A DNA stretch of 64,000 nt, taken from assembly GCA_036172245.1 (NCBI GenBank), contig JAYWIR010000032.1:930001-994000 (forward strand). Direction: 5' to 3'. Made by a program: the position numbers and the translations under genes. The notes beneath the pieces were generated by a model. That model ran no database searches and was not told the DNA's origin. It was given only the letters and a program-made list of their open reading frames with translations. The stretch is from Raillietiella orientalis. Taxonomy: Eukaryota. Numbering within the stretch: position 1 is the stretch's first letter; each line of letters opens with the position of its first letter. Below are positions 24,031-36,500 of the stretch, in pieces.

Positions 24031-26129
24031 CCGCAGAGCCTCGACTTCATGTTGCTGTCGAGACTGTTCGCAAATATCAGGAGATGAGAGACCTCTTCAG
24101 CTGCAAGTGACTTGAACGAAACTGAGGTCTTTTTGAATATTCCGGACAGTCCAGCCAGATTCTCTGGTTGCTGGAGACCATAAAAGCGATCAGCACGGCC
24201 AGGGACGACACCACTGGTGGAACACCTCGCGAACTCACGGGCTCTCCCCCTCCCCCGGCGCTCTTCGTGATGCTGGACACTTCGTCAGACGCTCACCGTG
24301 CCACCTGGCGACCCGCGAGTTCTCTTCTCGTGAAGCGCCTCTCGCCTTGTTGCGAGATTTCTCGAGCAGTTGGTGTTTTGGAGCTTTTATTTCCACTCAG
24401 CTTTCCGTCATTCTTCCGCGTCATCTGACGACTCCCTCCCCCTTCTTCCGTTCCGGGTTCTTAAGGATACAGGCTTCCGCTTTTCAGCTGCTGGCTGGCC
24501 TTCTCGCGGCTGTGGACCCTTGGGAGGTTTCTCGGACGGCCGCACAGCTTATCGGAGACGTGGACTGCCGACGAGCGATTTCCCTGGACTTCATCCTCTC
24601 TGGTGGAGGACGCCCAGCCATCCACGTGCACTGAGATCAGAGGGTCACCAAAGGTCGCGCGTGAAAGAAGCAGCGAAAAATGCGATGCAACGGTAACCCT
24701 GGATGCTGCCACAATGGAACTGCCGATGCAGTGATCCATATCTACTGATGGATTTGATGGCGCCTGGATGGTACAGATGCAGTCCTCTTCGCCTCTCGAG
24801 CGGACTTTGAAGATTTTCGGGATGTCACCACAAAGGGTTGCGAAGCCTCTTTCTCCCTGCATCCTCCGTTTCCCGGGTTTTCCTTCCCGTTCTTGCTGCT
24901 TGCTTTTGAGGCGATAGGTAGCGTCATCTTTTGCTGTTGTCGTGCTGCGGTCAGCTTCACCGTCATTGGGGTTGCTCCTTGCCATTAGCACGAGCATACT
25001 TAAGATGTCACTGAACAAGTGATGGCGCTTCAAGACATGTCGTCATCTTGATCATCTACTCTCTTTCCTCAGAAATTGAAACGCTGACCTCCCGGTCTGA
25101 GTCGGTGGTCACCGCTGTTGCTATCCCACGCCCCAGCACATTTTGGTTCTGCCACCATGTGACATGACGACTTAGCTGGAGGAAAGAGCACGGCGTCCAA
25201 GTCAGACACAGCCTTTCGTTCCTATGGTAGCGCGCCTCCTATTATGCTGCGCCTCCTTTATTTGCTCTTCGGCATCTCGGCGGACCTTTGGGCAGCGAGG
25301 CGGCGTTTCTCTCTGTTTGTCTTTCCTTCTTTGGGATGGAGAGGCAAAACTCCTGGCTCTGTTTGCACACAGCGACTTGCCCCGAAGGAGCGACCTGACC
25401 TTTTCTTGTGTAAGCTCTATTCTTATTCGAAGCGTTCCCACGCGCGCAGCACTCTCTTGCTTATCCGACACTACAATGATTCCCCTCCCTTCTTCCTTCA
25501 TCTCTCGGAGGTCCAAGGTGATGTACCCTGCCTGTGTTGGGGATGAAGGAAAGCAAAGGGGAGGGGGAAAAAGAAAGGGAATCGCGGACCCGCCTGAGTA
25601 GCGACTCTGCAGAATAAACATCAGAGGAGGTCACTCTGCAATGAAGATGTCCTGGGAAGATGTCAGAAGACCGTGACCTCTACCAAGACCGGTACCTTGT
25701 TTAAAGATCGATTGATGTTTGCTTTGCTAATGGGGTACCCGCCGACATAGGTGGGGCACGTCGTCTTCCGCAGCAGTTGCCATAGGACATCCGTCTCTCC
25801 CATCCTCTTCTGCCCATCGTCCTCTCCTTTTCTCACCCTACTCATCCTCTTCCATTCCTCCTCCTCCATTCCTCTTCATCCTTCTCCCCATCCCCCTCCT
25901 ACTCCTACTCCTCCACTCCTTCTCGTGCTCATCCACATGCATTCCTCCTCCTCAATTCCTCCCCCTCCCTCTCTTCTTTAATTCTTCTTCAGTTTCTCCT
26001 TCTCCTTCTCCCCCATTCCTTCTCCTCCTCCTCCTCAATTCTTCCTCCTCCATCCTTCTTCCATTCCTCCTCTTCATCATTATCCTTCCTCCATCTGACA
26101 TCTTGTTACCGCACCGGAGACTCGTAACT

Positions 26130-27300
26130 CCCACATCCACCGAGGGCTACATGGAATGCCACGGGTGAGAGAGCGTGGACGACCAAGAGAACACTTGACG
26201 ACGACGAATGTGGCACCCCCTACTCAGTCGGAACCCGAAAAAGGAGACCTCGGGGGAGAGGAGGAGGAGGAGGAAAGAGCAGCGTCTTTCCCTTTCCTGA
26301 TCAGCGGCACCATCCGGACCATTTCGTCTCCGTGCGGTTATCCCTCCCTCATGGGATGGAGGGTGCAGGAACCGCGGATTCTCTCCAGACGCGGCTCTGC
26401 CAAGAACCTCCGGACGGCTAACGAAAGGAGTCCTCGACAAGTCGCCTCTCGAGGGACACAAAGGTCCCTCCATCCCACCCACCTACCTCCTCCGCCGCCC
26501 CCGAGACATCAGCTCGTCCGGGGGCGCTCAGAGGGCGTTCCGGGCAAGGAGCAAGGAAGGCGCTTGAGTGGGACGGAGTCACATTCCGCGATCTCGAAGG
26601 CGACCGAAGGTAAAGGCAGTCTCCTGATTTCCCCCTTGACTGCGCGAGTGCAAAGGGCGGCCTCCGTCTTGCAAGGAAACCACCCTCTGATGACTGGCTG
26701 CAGGAAAATCAGTGCCCTGAACCCCCGATATAAGAAGCGCCGGGACCAGGGGTCATGGGGGGATGTGCATCCGGCGCACCACCTCAGGATGAAGGGCTGC
26801 GCAGCATCGCCGTGAGACTCGACCCTCCTGTGTGACCGGCCTCTCCTTTCGGGATAGGCGTCGCTCGTGAGTGCGACGCCATACACCGGGAGATCCCTTC
26901 TGCGCCCCCAATCTCCTCGCTCCCGGTCATGACGCTGGCGGGTCACTCCACCAGGAACCAAAGAACGAGCAGCTCCACTGCACCCTTTCGCGTCGTGGAT
27001 CTGCAGAGTCCCTCATCTTCTCGGCACGCTGCGCACCCTTGCACACCACCGGATGGCAGGTCGCCCTCCGTTGGACAGCTCCCTAGGACAACTTCTCTCT
27101 GACGCTAGGCTCCGCTCCGCTTTGTCGACGCGTATCCTGCCCTTGGGCTAGAATCGGTTCCATCCTCGTCACAACCACCCTTCCTCCTGACTACGGCACG
27201 GGCTCTTCGCGCACGCCGAGGACAATCTCTCCCCCTTTGAAGGATCCACCTGCAGCAGCACCGGTCAGAATACGATGTTAGGTCCAAGTGAGTCTGTCAT
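26130..27300 (+). mobile_element. Tx1 ORF2 relic (APE end plus RT)
   Basis: PDHFVSVRL, GVPGK, DQGSWGDVHP, PGDPFCAP in RT order. Confidence 0.4.
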
Positions 27301-28528
27301 CACACAGGACGAACGAAGGGCAAAGGGAGGAGGAAGAGAGAAGAACGAGGGGGAGGAGAAGAATCGAAGAGAAGGAAGAGAATTAGGGAGGAAAAGGAGG
27401 AGGAGGAAGGATCTACCATTGGGTCAGCCGCCTTCGTTGTGGAGACTGAGCTGAAGAGGGAAATGAATAGAAGAAAGAGGAGAAAAGAGAGAGGGAAGGG
27501 TGACATGGGAGGAAGAGAGGAAGAGAGGAAGAGGGGGAGACTTCAGGATGCTCCAAAGGGACGAGGCGAGCGCCTGTCCACCTACACAAGAGAATGCCGG
27601 TGGGCCTTCCACTTGAGCATCTTCCGCGAGAGGGAGGAGGCGCCGTTGTTCGTGGCAACCCTGACCGTGTTCTCCGTCTAATCGCGCGCAAGTCCAGCAT
27701 GGAGAGGCCGTCAGGGAGGAGATCCAGGCAGAGACAGGAGAAAGAGCTGCTGTTCCGGTGCTTTCAAAAGCAAGTGGAGGCCTATTAAACTTCCTCCTTC
27801 TGGGAGAGTTTCCGATGCCTCCACCCCTCCGGCAACATCTCTCCCCTCCAGCGGCATTCCTCCCACGCTGTGGAGACGTACCCCCTCCTCCCGCCATACT
27901 CGGCGCACGGCAAGACTCGCCGAGGCGGTGTCCTGCGACCGGTGGGGCGTGGTCCGCCTGATGCTCGGACGCCTTTGGGAGAGGGAGGGAGAGGGAGAGA
28001 AAAGATGAAGAGGCATTTTTGATGTATCAGAGCGGAGTGAGACCTCCACCTTTCCTTTCCCCCCCCCCCCTCTACCGCCACCTCCTGTGGATCGCGCGGG
28101 GCTCGGTGGATGGAGAGCAGTGCCTTCTTCCGGATTCGGAATCTTCCGGAGCAGTAGCGGCGGCATTTCCCTGGAAGGCAGTCGCCAGGGCGGAAAGTGT
28201 TCCGGTCGTTTCCCCGAGGAAAGGGGGCTCGGCCATCTCCACGAAGAAGGGGAGGAAGAGAGGAGAAAGAAAAGGAACGAGTAGGAAGAGGTGGAAGAGG
28301 AAAACAGTAGGAAGAGTAGAAAAGGAAGAGGAAGAAAGGAGGAAGAGAGAAGAAGAGGAGGACGAGGAGGAGGAGGAAGAAGGAATAAGAGGACGAAGGT
28401 TCTTTCAAGGAAGAACCCCGTCACCATCAACCGGTCCTTGCCCCACGCGCTCGCGACCCGGAAGCTCCTGAAGGCCCGCGAGGATGGTGTGTGAGGAGCT
28501 GCCCCTTCCGCTCACACCTTGCCCTCAC

Positions 28529-28597
28529 CTGCTCTAGTCGGGGCTCATCCGCAGACGCCTCCGTGTCCCTTCGGTAGACGACCACCACCAGTAGAAC
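28529..28597 (-). CDS. madd-4: ADAMTS-like gene, putative exon 2 (signal peptide end)
   Basis: ctctcccccgcag acceptor, VLLVVVVYRRDTEASADEPRLEQ, gtgagg donor; 69 nt, phase 0-0. Confidence 0.6.
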
Positions 28598-30413
28598 CTG
28601 CGGGGGAGAGAGAATCCTTGAGCCGGGAGGGAGGAGGGCCCCTTCCGGAGGGGCCATCGCCTGACCCGCCCCACAAGCGCTCCACCGAGCAGAGACAAAC
28701 AACCGCTCTGGAGCCCTCGTGCAACCTCTGCGTGCGTCCGTAGGCAAGCGCGGTTTCCAGGAGCGCCGCGAGCTCACGACGAAGGGTGTCGTTTCCCTTC
28801 TCCCTTCCTCCCCTTGGCGAGCCTTTTCTCCGCGAAGGGAAGCTGCAGAACGCCCCAGAGGAACGCCCTCTGAGTCACTGCGCTCACGTTGCAGTACGAG
28901 GCGACTGCGGGCTCGAAGATGCGAGGAAGGGAGATGCTTGACGCCCAGAGCAAGGAGGAATGCTGCTCCTTATCCCACCCACACCGCACTCCCCCTCTCC
29001 TGGGAAACCCTTGAGCGCCACACGCCTCGTTCGCTATCTGCCGGCCTATGGATCTGCGCGCGATGATGTTCCGCGGTGACCTCCAGGAGGAAAATGCAGG
29101 TCGTCAGGAGCACCAGAAAGAAGCCGTCCCTTGGCTCCACCCGGAGAGCGGATCTCCGTGGTGACCGCTCTCCTGGGTCTTTCTGACCCGCGGCTCTGTC
29201 GGTGGCGAGTGCCTCCGCCGCTCACGCGACAGCGGTTACCACGAGGCGCTTCCGCGCCGCCCTTCCCCTTTCCCCTATGGAGAAGGATGGGTCGCCTCTG
29301 ACGACTGGTCTGTGGCTCGTCTGAGAATGCCGGAGACCACGCATCTCTCTGCCTTCCCGCCGCTGCCGCCCTCCATTCCATCCGAAAGGATCCGGTGTAA
29401 ACCTCTGGGGGACTTGTCGAGCGGGAGGTGGGGCGCACCACTCCTCCCTCCCCCCTCTGCCTCCTCCCGACGCGCCTTTTTTCCACGGGGGGCACCCGCC
29501 TCTCTCCAGCGCCCTCCGGGACGGAGAAATGGAAGGGACGGACGTGGGTCACGAACCCCCCATCCTCACCCACCGAGAAGAGGGACACGTGCCCTGCCGG
29601 GGTCGCCTCCGTCTTCCTTGAAGACACCTCGGCAGAGCGCGGAACTGCTGCGGGGCAGCGGGCAGGGAGAGCCGTTCCGGGATAGGCATCACTCGCCGAT
29701 CGGCGGTCTTCTTGGAAACGGAAGGAGGAGGAGGAGGCAGGAGGGGGAGACGGTGAGGGAGTGGGAAAAGGGGATGAGGGGGGTGGAAGGGCGTCTTGCC
29801 GAGTAGGCGGGAGCGGCGGGCTCGACGAGGGCGTAGTGCGGGGACGGAGGAGCTTCCTCCTTCTCCTCCTCCTCCTCCCTCGCCATCCTCTGAACTTGCA
29901 AGGCGGGAAGAAAAAGGTCCGTTGCCCAGCGAAACGCCAGGACGGTCTCCTGCGCGGCGGCGTCCGGACAACGGTTTCCCGAGACGCTCTCACCTCTTCT
30001 TTCTCCAGCAGCCGAAGGGGCCTTCCCAGGTGCGGGCCAGAGAGAGACGGGGGGGAGAGAGGGGCTCTGTCTTGGAGAAGTGCAGTGTGGAGCGGGCCGG
30101 GGCGACGGAACACCACCTGCGGCCTCTCGCGCGGTCGCGAGGGCCGGAAGCTCCCCTGAGCCGCACCCCCGCGGTTATCTCGCGCGCACGTCACCGGCGA
30201 CGGCGCCTTCCCACGCGATAACGCGGGAGAGAGCCGGGAGAGGAGGCTGCGCGAAGCGTGGCTCCGGAGAGACCCAGAAGTAGTCGCCCCCACTCCTGCC
30301 TACGCCCTCCGGGCTCGACCCCCGCCGCCCACGGGGAAGACGCTCGCTGGGGCGTTCCTCCTCCTCCTTCTCCCCCACGTCTCCACGGCAACCGACTGCC
30401 CGCCCCTTCCTAC

Positions 30414-30443
30414 CCGGACGAGGAGTTCCTGGAGCCGTCGCAT
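30414..30443 (-). CDS. madd-4: ADAMTS-like gene, putative first coding exon (signal peptide start)
   Basis: ATG..MRRLQELLVR followed by gtagga donor (phase 0). Joins the next exon to give a signal-peptide-like MRRLQELLVRVLLVVVVY. Sits in a CpG-rich promoter-like segment. Confidence 0.55.
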
Positions 30444-31079
30444 CCTGCGGGAGTCCCGGCGCAGCACTCTCGTTCGCCGCCGCTCTTCGCCGTCAGCTCG
30501 CTCGCCCAGCAAGCGCGACCGCCTCACGGGAACTCGGCCGCCGACTGCCCGGCGCTTCCCCGCGCTCCGCCTGCGCAGGCGCGCGCGCGCGCCTCGTTCG
30601 CTCCAACCTCCTCCACTTCCTCCTCCTCCTCTTTTTCGTCCCTGGTGGAAGGGGGGGAGGACTCCACCCGTCCTGGTCGCCATGAACGACCCCCTCGCCA
30701 CCACTCTTGCAGGACCAGCGGAGGGAAGACTGGCGGACCAGGTGAAGCGAAAATCGCACAGTGCAGTCAGTGGCGTCCTTCGTGCGCTCGAGGCATTCCA
30801 CTCCTGCTGTTCCTCCCTCCCTTCCTCCTCCAGCTTCTCCCGTCTTCCTCCTCTTTTCCTCATCTAACCTTCCTCTTCCCTTCCTAATCTTTTTCTCTCC
30901 CTCCCTTCCTTCCATCCTTCCTTCCATCCTCCTCCTACTTCTCCCTTCCTCCGCCTCCTCCAACCTTTTCCTTCCCTTCCTACTCTTTCTCTCTCCCTTC
31001 CTTCTTCTCCCGTTCCTCTTCCCGCTCTGTTGCTTCCTCCTCTTGTCCCTTCGTCCCAAGGAGGGATAGTGAGAGCAAG

Positions 31080-32700
31080 GGTGGAACTGGACGAGGCGAG
31101 CTGAGCGACGCAAGATGAGCAGGGTGCCTGTGCAGAGGTCGCTGCTGGCTTGCCAGTACGCGTTGCCAGAAGGCAGCGCGAAACATCGGAAGGGTCGCGC
31201 CTGGGGCACTTCCGGGAGTCGTTGTTTGGTCTCGCGGCCGGAGGTTCCACTTGCACTCCGTGTGAGGTTCTCCTCTCCCCCCCCCCCCGGAAGAGGAAGG
31301 AGGGACGAGCACCCTTGCGCTGCTGCTGTCATTCCTCTCTCCCCATTTGTTCCTTGCATGTGCTCCCATTCCCTTCCCACGTCCAGAGGGGAGAGGACCG
31401 GTAAACGCGCAGGAAATAGACCACGATGGGTCTGATTTCCAGACCTCTGCCCCTTCCTGCCGGGCAGCGGCGTCGGTCCCGAGGGGTGTGGGACGGCAGA
31501 GCTCTCGCGGTGGCTGCTCTGGAGCGAGGGAGGAAGCGACCCTTACCCTTGAGTTTCGCGATCGTCTCCTGCCGAAGGAGCACTTGGCGCACTCGGAGCG
31601 GAAAGCGCTTCTGGTCTTCAGCGAGGGCGGGATGCGGGTGGAAACGCTTTCCACCACGTTTCCCTTCTGAGGCGGTGACACGTCACCTGGTAACGCGAGC
31701 ACATCGTTGCGGCGCCTGTCCGAAGCCGCGTCTCCCCGGTTCCTGAACGAGGCGGCGGCCGCGGCGTCGCCATGACGAATTTCTGCTGGAGGAGCAGGCG
31801 GAGAGATCCTCGTTGGGAGCGATCGATCTCCTGGAAGGAGAGGACGCGCGCTCTCTCCCAGTGTAAATGCATGGCAGAGGAGGAGGAGGAAGAGCGTGTG
31901 GTCTCTCCTTGCTGAGAATCCCACCAACCCTTCCCTCAGCCTCCGTTCTTTCTCCCTCTGCGTCTCTTGGTGCTTCGAGGCACAGCTGCTTCCTGCCGTG
32001 GGACAGGTCATGACCCTTGCCTCCTTTTCAGAGGTAGCTCCGCGCTCCATCCGACGCCGGAGGGGCAACAGTGCCAGGTTCCTTCCTGGCGACCGCCTCG
32101 GACGCTCCCAGTTGAAGAACCCGGGAGGCGTGCTTGGGACGGGCGCCGCTTGGAGGTGCCGCGCATAGCGCGACAGCATGCCTTCCAGCGGGCTCTCCAC
32201 GCACTCTCAGGCGCCGCGTCTTGCGCTCAGGGTGTCTTAGACGGCAGGGCATTTCGTGCGTCCCGCCGCGGGGAGCGCTGACTCACCTCTCCTTCACCTG
32301 CTGACCGCTCCCGCCTGAGCTGTTGACTTCTCCTCCAGCGACCGCATCCTTCCTCACTTTGGCCTTCTGCAGCTCAGGACGAGGAAAGATGTGGAGCTGG
32401 TGCTCCGCGCCGGTTCATGGCCAGAGGTTAAAGATCGTCCCTCGTCCTCCTGCCTGGGCTGCAGCCACGGCTTCTGCTCTTCAGGAAGCCGCCCTCTCCC
32501 AGCCCATGAGGTCACGGGCGGAGGTCCCTTCTAGCACCGCAGAGGAGATGCCTCCTCGTATGGCTGCAGTGGAGGGCAGTTCGGGAGGAAGGGGAGGGGG
32601 AAGTCTGCCCTCGTCGATCCTTCCGGAAAGCATGGCCTCCTGCGGCTTCGTTCCACCTTTCGAACATTCCCGAAACTCCCGATTCGTGCGATTCCCGATC
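31080..32700 (-). mobile_element. Tx1 relic (ORF1 plus APE start)
   Basis: LSRYA..(ORF1-like), then LLRQET and FLRVYRSSP (APE LQET and VYAP-like). Confidence 0.4.
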
Positions 32701-32999
32701 GTCGGTTTCTGCAGAAACGGGGAAAAGCAGCATCTCCCCCCCGGAAGTGCTCGCGGGCGCGAAGGTGAAACGGAGTCAGGGTTGCCACGGGAACGTGTTG
32801 CGTCCGGACGATTGGGAGGTGCGGGATGCCATCGGACTGGCAACGTTCCCTAGGATACGCGATGGCGAAACCACGGGAGCGAGGTGGGGCCGTGGGTATC
32901 TTCATTGTCCAGCGCTTCCGTCGCTGCTGGTGCGGAGCCGAGAGCGAGGTGCCCCATCTTCTGCTGCCGCCCGTCAGGCTTCCCACGATAGCGCTGCTA

Positions 33000-33380
33000 C
33001 ATCTAGCCTCGAAACCGGGAACTACTGCCTACGAATGGCGAAGGCTGGTCGCGACCAGAGCGTCCCGACGGTACAAATCCCCGGAAACCCCGTTCAGTGT
33101 TCCAGCGCTGGCAAAGAGGAGGAATCCCTCGCACAGCTTCAGCTGGACCGCGGAGCGCTTCGCCCCGAAGGGATGCTCGCCTACATGGAGCGCCGTCGTT
33201 CCCCTGCGAATGCGCAGGAGAGCCTCCTGGGGAAGAGAATTTCCCTCGCCGTCCCTACTCCTGCAGGTGGAGGACGAAGGGGACGGACGGGCTCCTCGGA
33301 TAGCCTGAATATCCGCTTGCATGCGCTGTGGAAATCAGCGGCCTCCGGTGTAGCCGGGCTGACCACTTCCGGTTGACGTG
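33000..33380 (+). mobile_element. Tx1 RT-thumb relic
   Basis: RYKSPETPF and TWSAVVPLRMRRRASW resemble KYLG.PF and NW..V.....R...W. Confidence 0.4.
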
Positions 33381-33558
33381 CGCTCCTCTGGGCATCGTCT
33401 GAGGATCACCTTTCGGCGAGTAGGTATCGCTTCCAGACGCGCCTCTCCCATCCCCCTTCTGAGCTTTCAGGACCCACGAGAGATGAAGGGTCAAAGGTGA
33501 AAATCCGTGACATTTCGGCCTCCCAGATTACTAGAGGGCACCCCTGCGTAGGAGGTTT

Positions 33559-36500
33559 CAACCCGGTCACCCCGGGACGTTTATTTTGAAAAACCAAAAC
33601 AAACCACAAGCTTGAGAGGAAATGAATCCCTCCAAGTGACAAGGAAAGACCCTCAAAAATAAAAGTTCGAATCGGGAATGACCACCGGCACACGGAACGA
33701 AAGTCTTCCGAAAGCTAGGGAACGGAGGGAAGGGCCAATAAATAAATTAAAAAAGACGGGGAGGGTGAGGACAGGGTCTTTGGGCTAAGGGCGCTTCTTT
33801 CCTTTTAGAAGCAACTGTGGATGGTGGCGGTCTCCCTGACGACTTCTGGCAGTTGAGGCCACCTTGCTGCTGTCCTCGTGGAGCCGCTGCCATGCTAGTG
33901 GCCTTTCTTCGCTGCGAACCTGACTCCAGCACGTAGCGAGCTGCCACCATGGCAAGGATGCAACAGGTTGTTGCGATCACAGCGCCTTTCTCCAGTCCGC
34001 CTCCGGTAAAGAAGTGCTGCAGCAGGTTCGTGGCAGCGTCCTGAGGTCGGCGGATCGCGGAAGCGAGTCTCCGCCGCAAGTCCTCCAACAAAAGGTGCGG
34101 GAGCGATTCCATCATCCCGCACCTCGAGGAGTTCGGGGAGGCAACTCCCTCGGAAACCGGGTACCTGTGCCAGTTGCACTGGAATCCCCAGTGCAGAAAC
34201 AGCAGAACATCCCGTTTACACCGGAGCGGGAACACAGAGGTGTCCACACAAAGGGAAGAGACCACGGGTGGTAAACCAGGAAGTCTAATGGTGAAGCTTT
34301 GGAGCACGAACTGGGTGCAAGCCCGCACGACAGCTGGTCAAGCGAGCCACCGGCTACGCGGGACCGTCTTCGTTCCTGGCGCGGCGTCGCAGACGCAACG
34401 TATCCAGCTGCGGACTGGGGCTCCGTCGAGTGGCCAGGCTGACTGGGACCAACGCCTGGATCTCCTGCCGACGTGCGAACGGTAGCGCCTGGTTGCAGGA
34501 AACCGCTCGCACGTGGGTCAAGAGCAGCGAAGCGAGCCCGGAGGTGCGGCAGCGGCTGCTGCACTCCTTCTGCAACAACTGCCCGCTGCAGGACGTCACC
34601 AATACGTGTGCGTGGGCGCAAAGAACGTCCCTAGCCGCGGCACTGCCCTCCCTTAGGGAGCATCAGGACAGTAAAGCTGGCCAGTTGGGAAGTCAGTTCG
34701 GAAATCCTTGGAAGGAAGAAGGGATTAGGTGGTTGGACCACGGGCCAGTCCCCGGACGCTGCGCCCAACCGGAAAGTGCCCAACCGAAAGGACTATTGCT
34801 CTGGGATAAGCTGCTGCGAATCCTACAGGAAGACTTCGAGTGGCCCTTAGCGCTTAAGAACAACCGGACCCTTCCCCTGAAGTGGCAAGAGTGGGCACTT
34901 CTGCTGTGGCACTGGGATCTCCCGTGCAACATCCGCCTCTCTCACTGGACCCAAGGGGCTGTGGATCCCAGCTGTTGGAGGTGCGAGGAAAGAGAATCCC
35001 TCCATGCCTCCCGCACCTGTTCATTGACTCTGTTGCCCTCCGGACCCTGTGATTGCATTTCGCAACGGCCCTCTGGACACCGACGGACAATCCCAGGGAC
35101 GTGATGAAGCGCCTCTTCGTGAGCGCTACATTTTCTCCTTCTGCATCCCCAGCAGCAAAGAGCTGATGGGGATGCGGCAGATCGAGACGTGAGATTGTGG
35201 CAGCCTGGAGCCATGCGGGAGGAAAACGGCGCGATAGGGACGCCATGTGCTGCGCCCTGCGCTTTTTGCAGACAACAACAAGATGTGCCCACGTGGCGCA
35301 CACTCGGATGGAACTTGCCGGCATCCTGGAGTGGATGCAGAAGACGCCCTCTCCAGCTCCTGGTGATCCCTTCCCTAACCCTCACAATCATTTTCGTTTG
35401 TATTTTTTTTTGTTTCATTTTTAATTTTGTTTCCCCCCTTCCCCTCCGCCGCTGAGGCGAACCTCGTCGGCCTGCGCGCCGGTCACTCGGCACACTTTCG
35501 GACGTGTTAGGTCCGATGGTCCGACACATGTATGTTTGTTTTCTATAATAGACGCCCCGGCGTGACCAGGTGATAAAACCAAGAAGCTCGCTCCGGCGGA
35601 GGAGTCCCTTTGCCCGTAATTGAGGAGTGGCGGCGTTCACCAATTCACTCGTCTTGCAGCCGGCCGGGAGTCTTGCAGTCTCGACTCCTGAAATGTTGCA
35701 GAACTTCCACCCTGTCGGTTGGTTGCTAGCCCTGAGGGCAGACAGTGCTGCGGCAAGGGTTGCGACGGCTGTCTAGGACCATTGCGTCCAATCCTGCGGG
35801 AGATCTCCCCGTGGCTTGCATGGGAGTTTCCGCAGCGGAGGCAGCTCCTCCGACGCATTTCCAGAATGGTCACCCAGGACTCCAGAGACTCCTGGAGCCA
35901 GAGTTCCAGTTCATGGGGAGGCAGGAGATCGATGGATGGGCAAGCAGTAGGGAGGGCAAATACCTCAGGGAGAGAGCCAAATCCGGTCCTACGGCGTAGG
36001 TTGCGCGGTAGCAGCGGAAGAAGTCCTGCGCTGCCAACGCATTGCTGGAGGATATGGCGCGGAGCACACCAATGCGAGGACCATAGCTTCACACACAGGG
36101 AGAGAAGTCGGAATTGATTCTGCAGCCTGATCTTCTCGATGTTCAGGATGCCCAAGTCAGCGTCCTGGTGCAGCGCCACCAAGTCTTTCAGTCAGGTGGG
36201 GGGTTGGCGGCGACACACCCCGTCCCCTTCCTTTCGGAGGACGGCGCCTGCGGGTACAAAGGGAGAGCATTCCTTGAAGATTCCCTTGAGAAACGTCGCG
36301 CGGCTTTCCGCCAGCGCACCTTTCCTCCGACTGCGATGGGAAGAGCCAGATGGGGTTCACAGCCTCCCGAATGTGCCAGTCTCGGGTCCAGACGGCACGA
36401 CCCTCCTTCAATCCTTGCGCGTGAAAGGCGAGTGACCACACCTGAAGAGGGATCGTCGACTGTTGCGCCCCTGGAGGGAAGTGGGGGAGAACGAAAGGAG

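Noticed and set aside
27586..27677. Possible extra ADAMTS-like exon (TENTVRVATNNG..)
   Set aside because: Weak polypyrimidine tract, and it ends in phase 2 with no matching downstream exon found.
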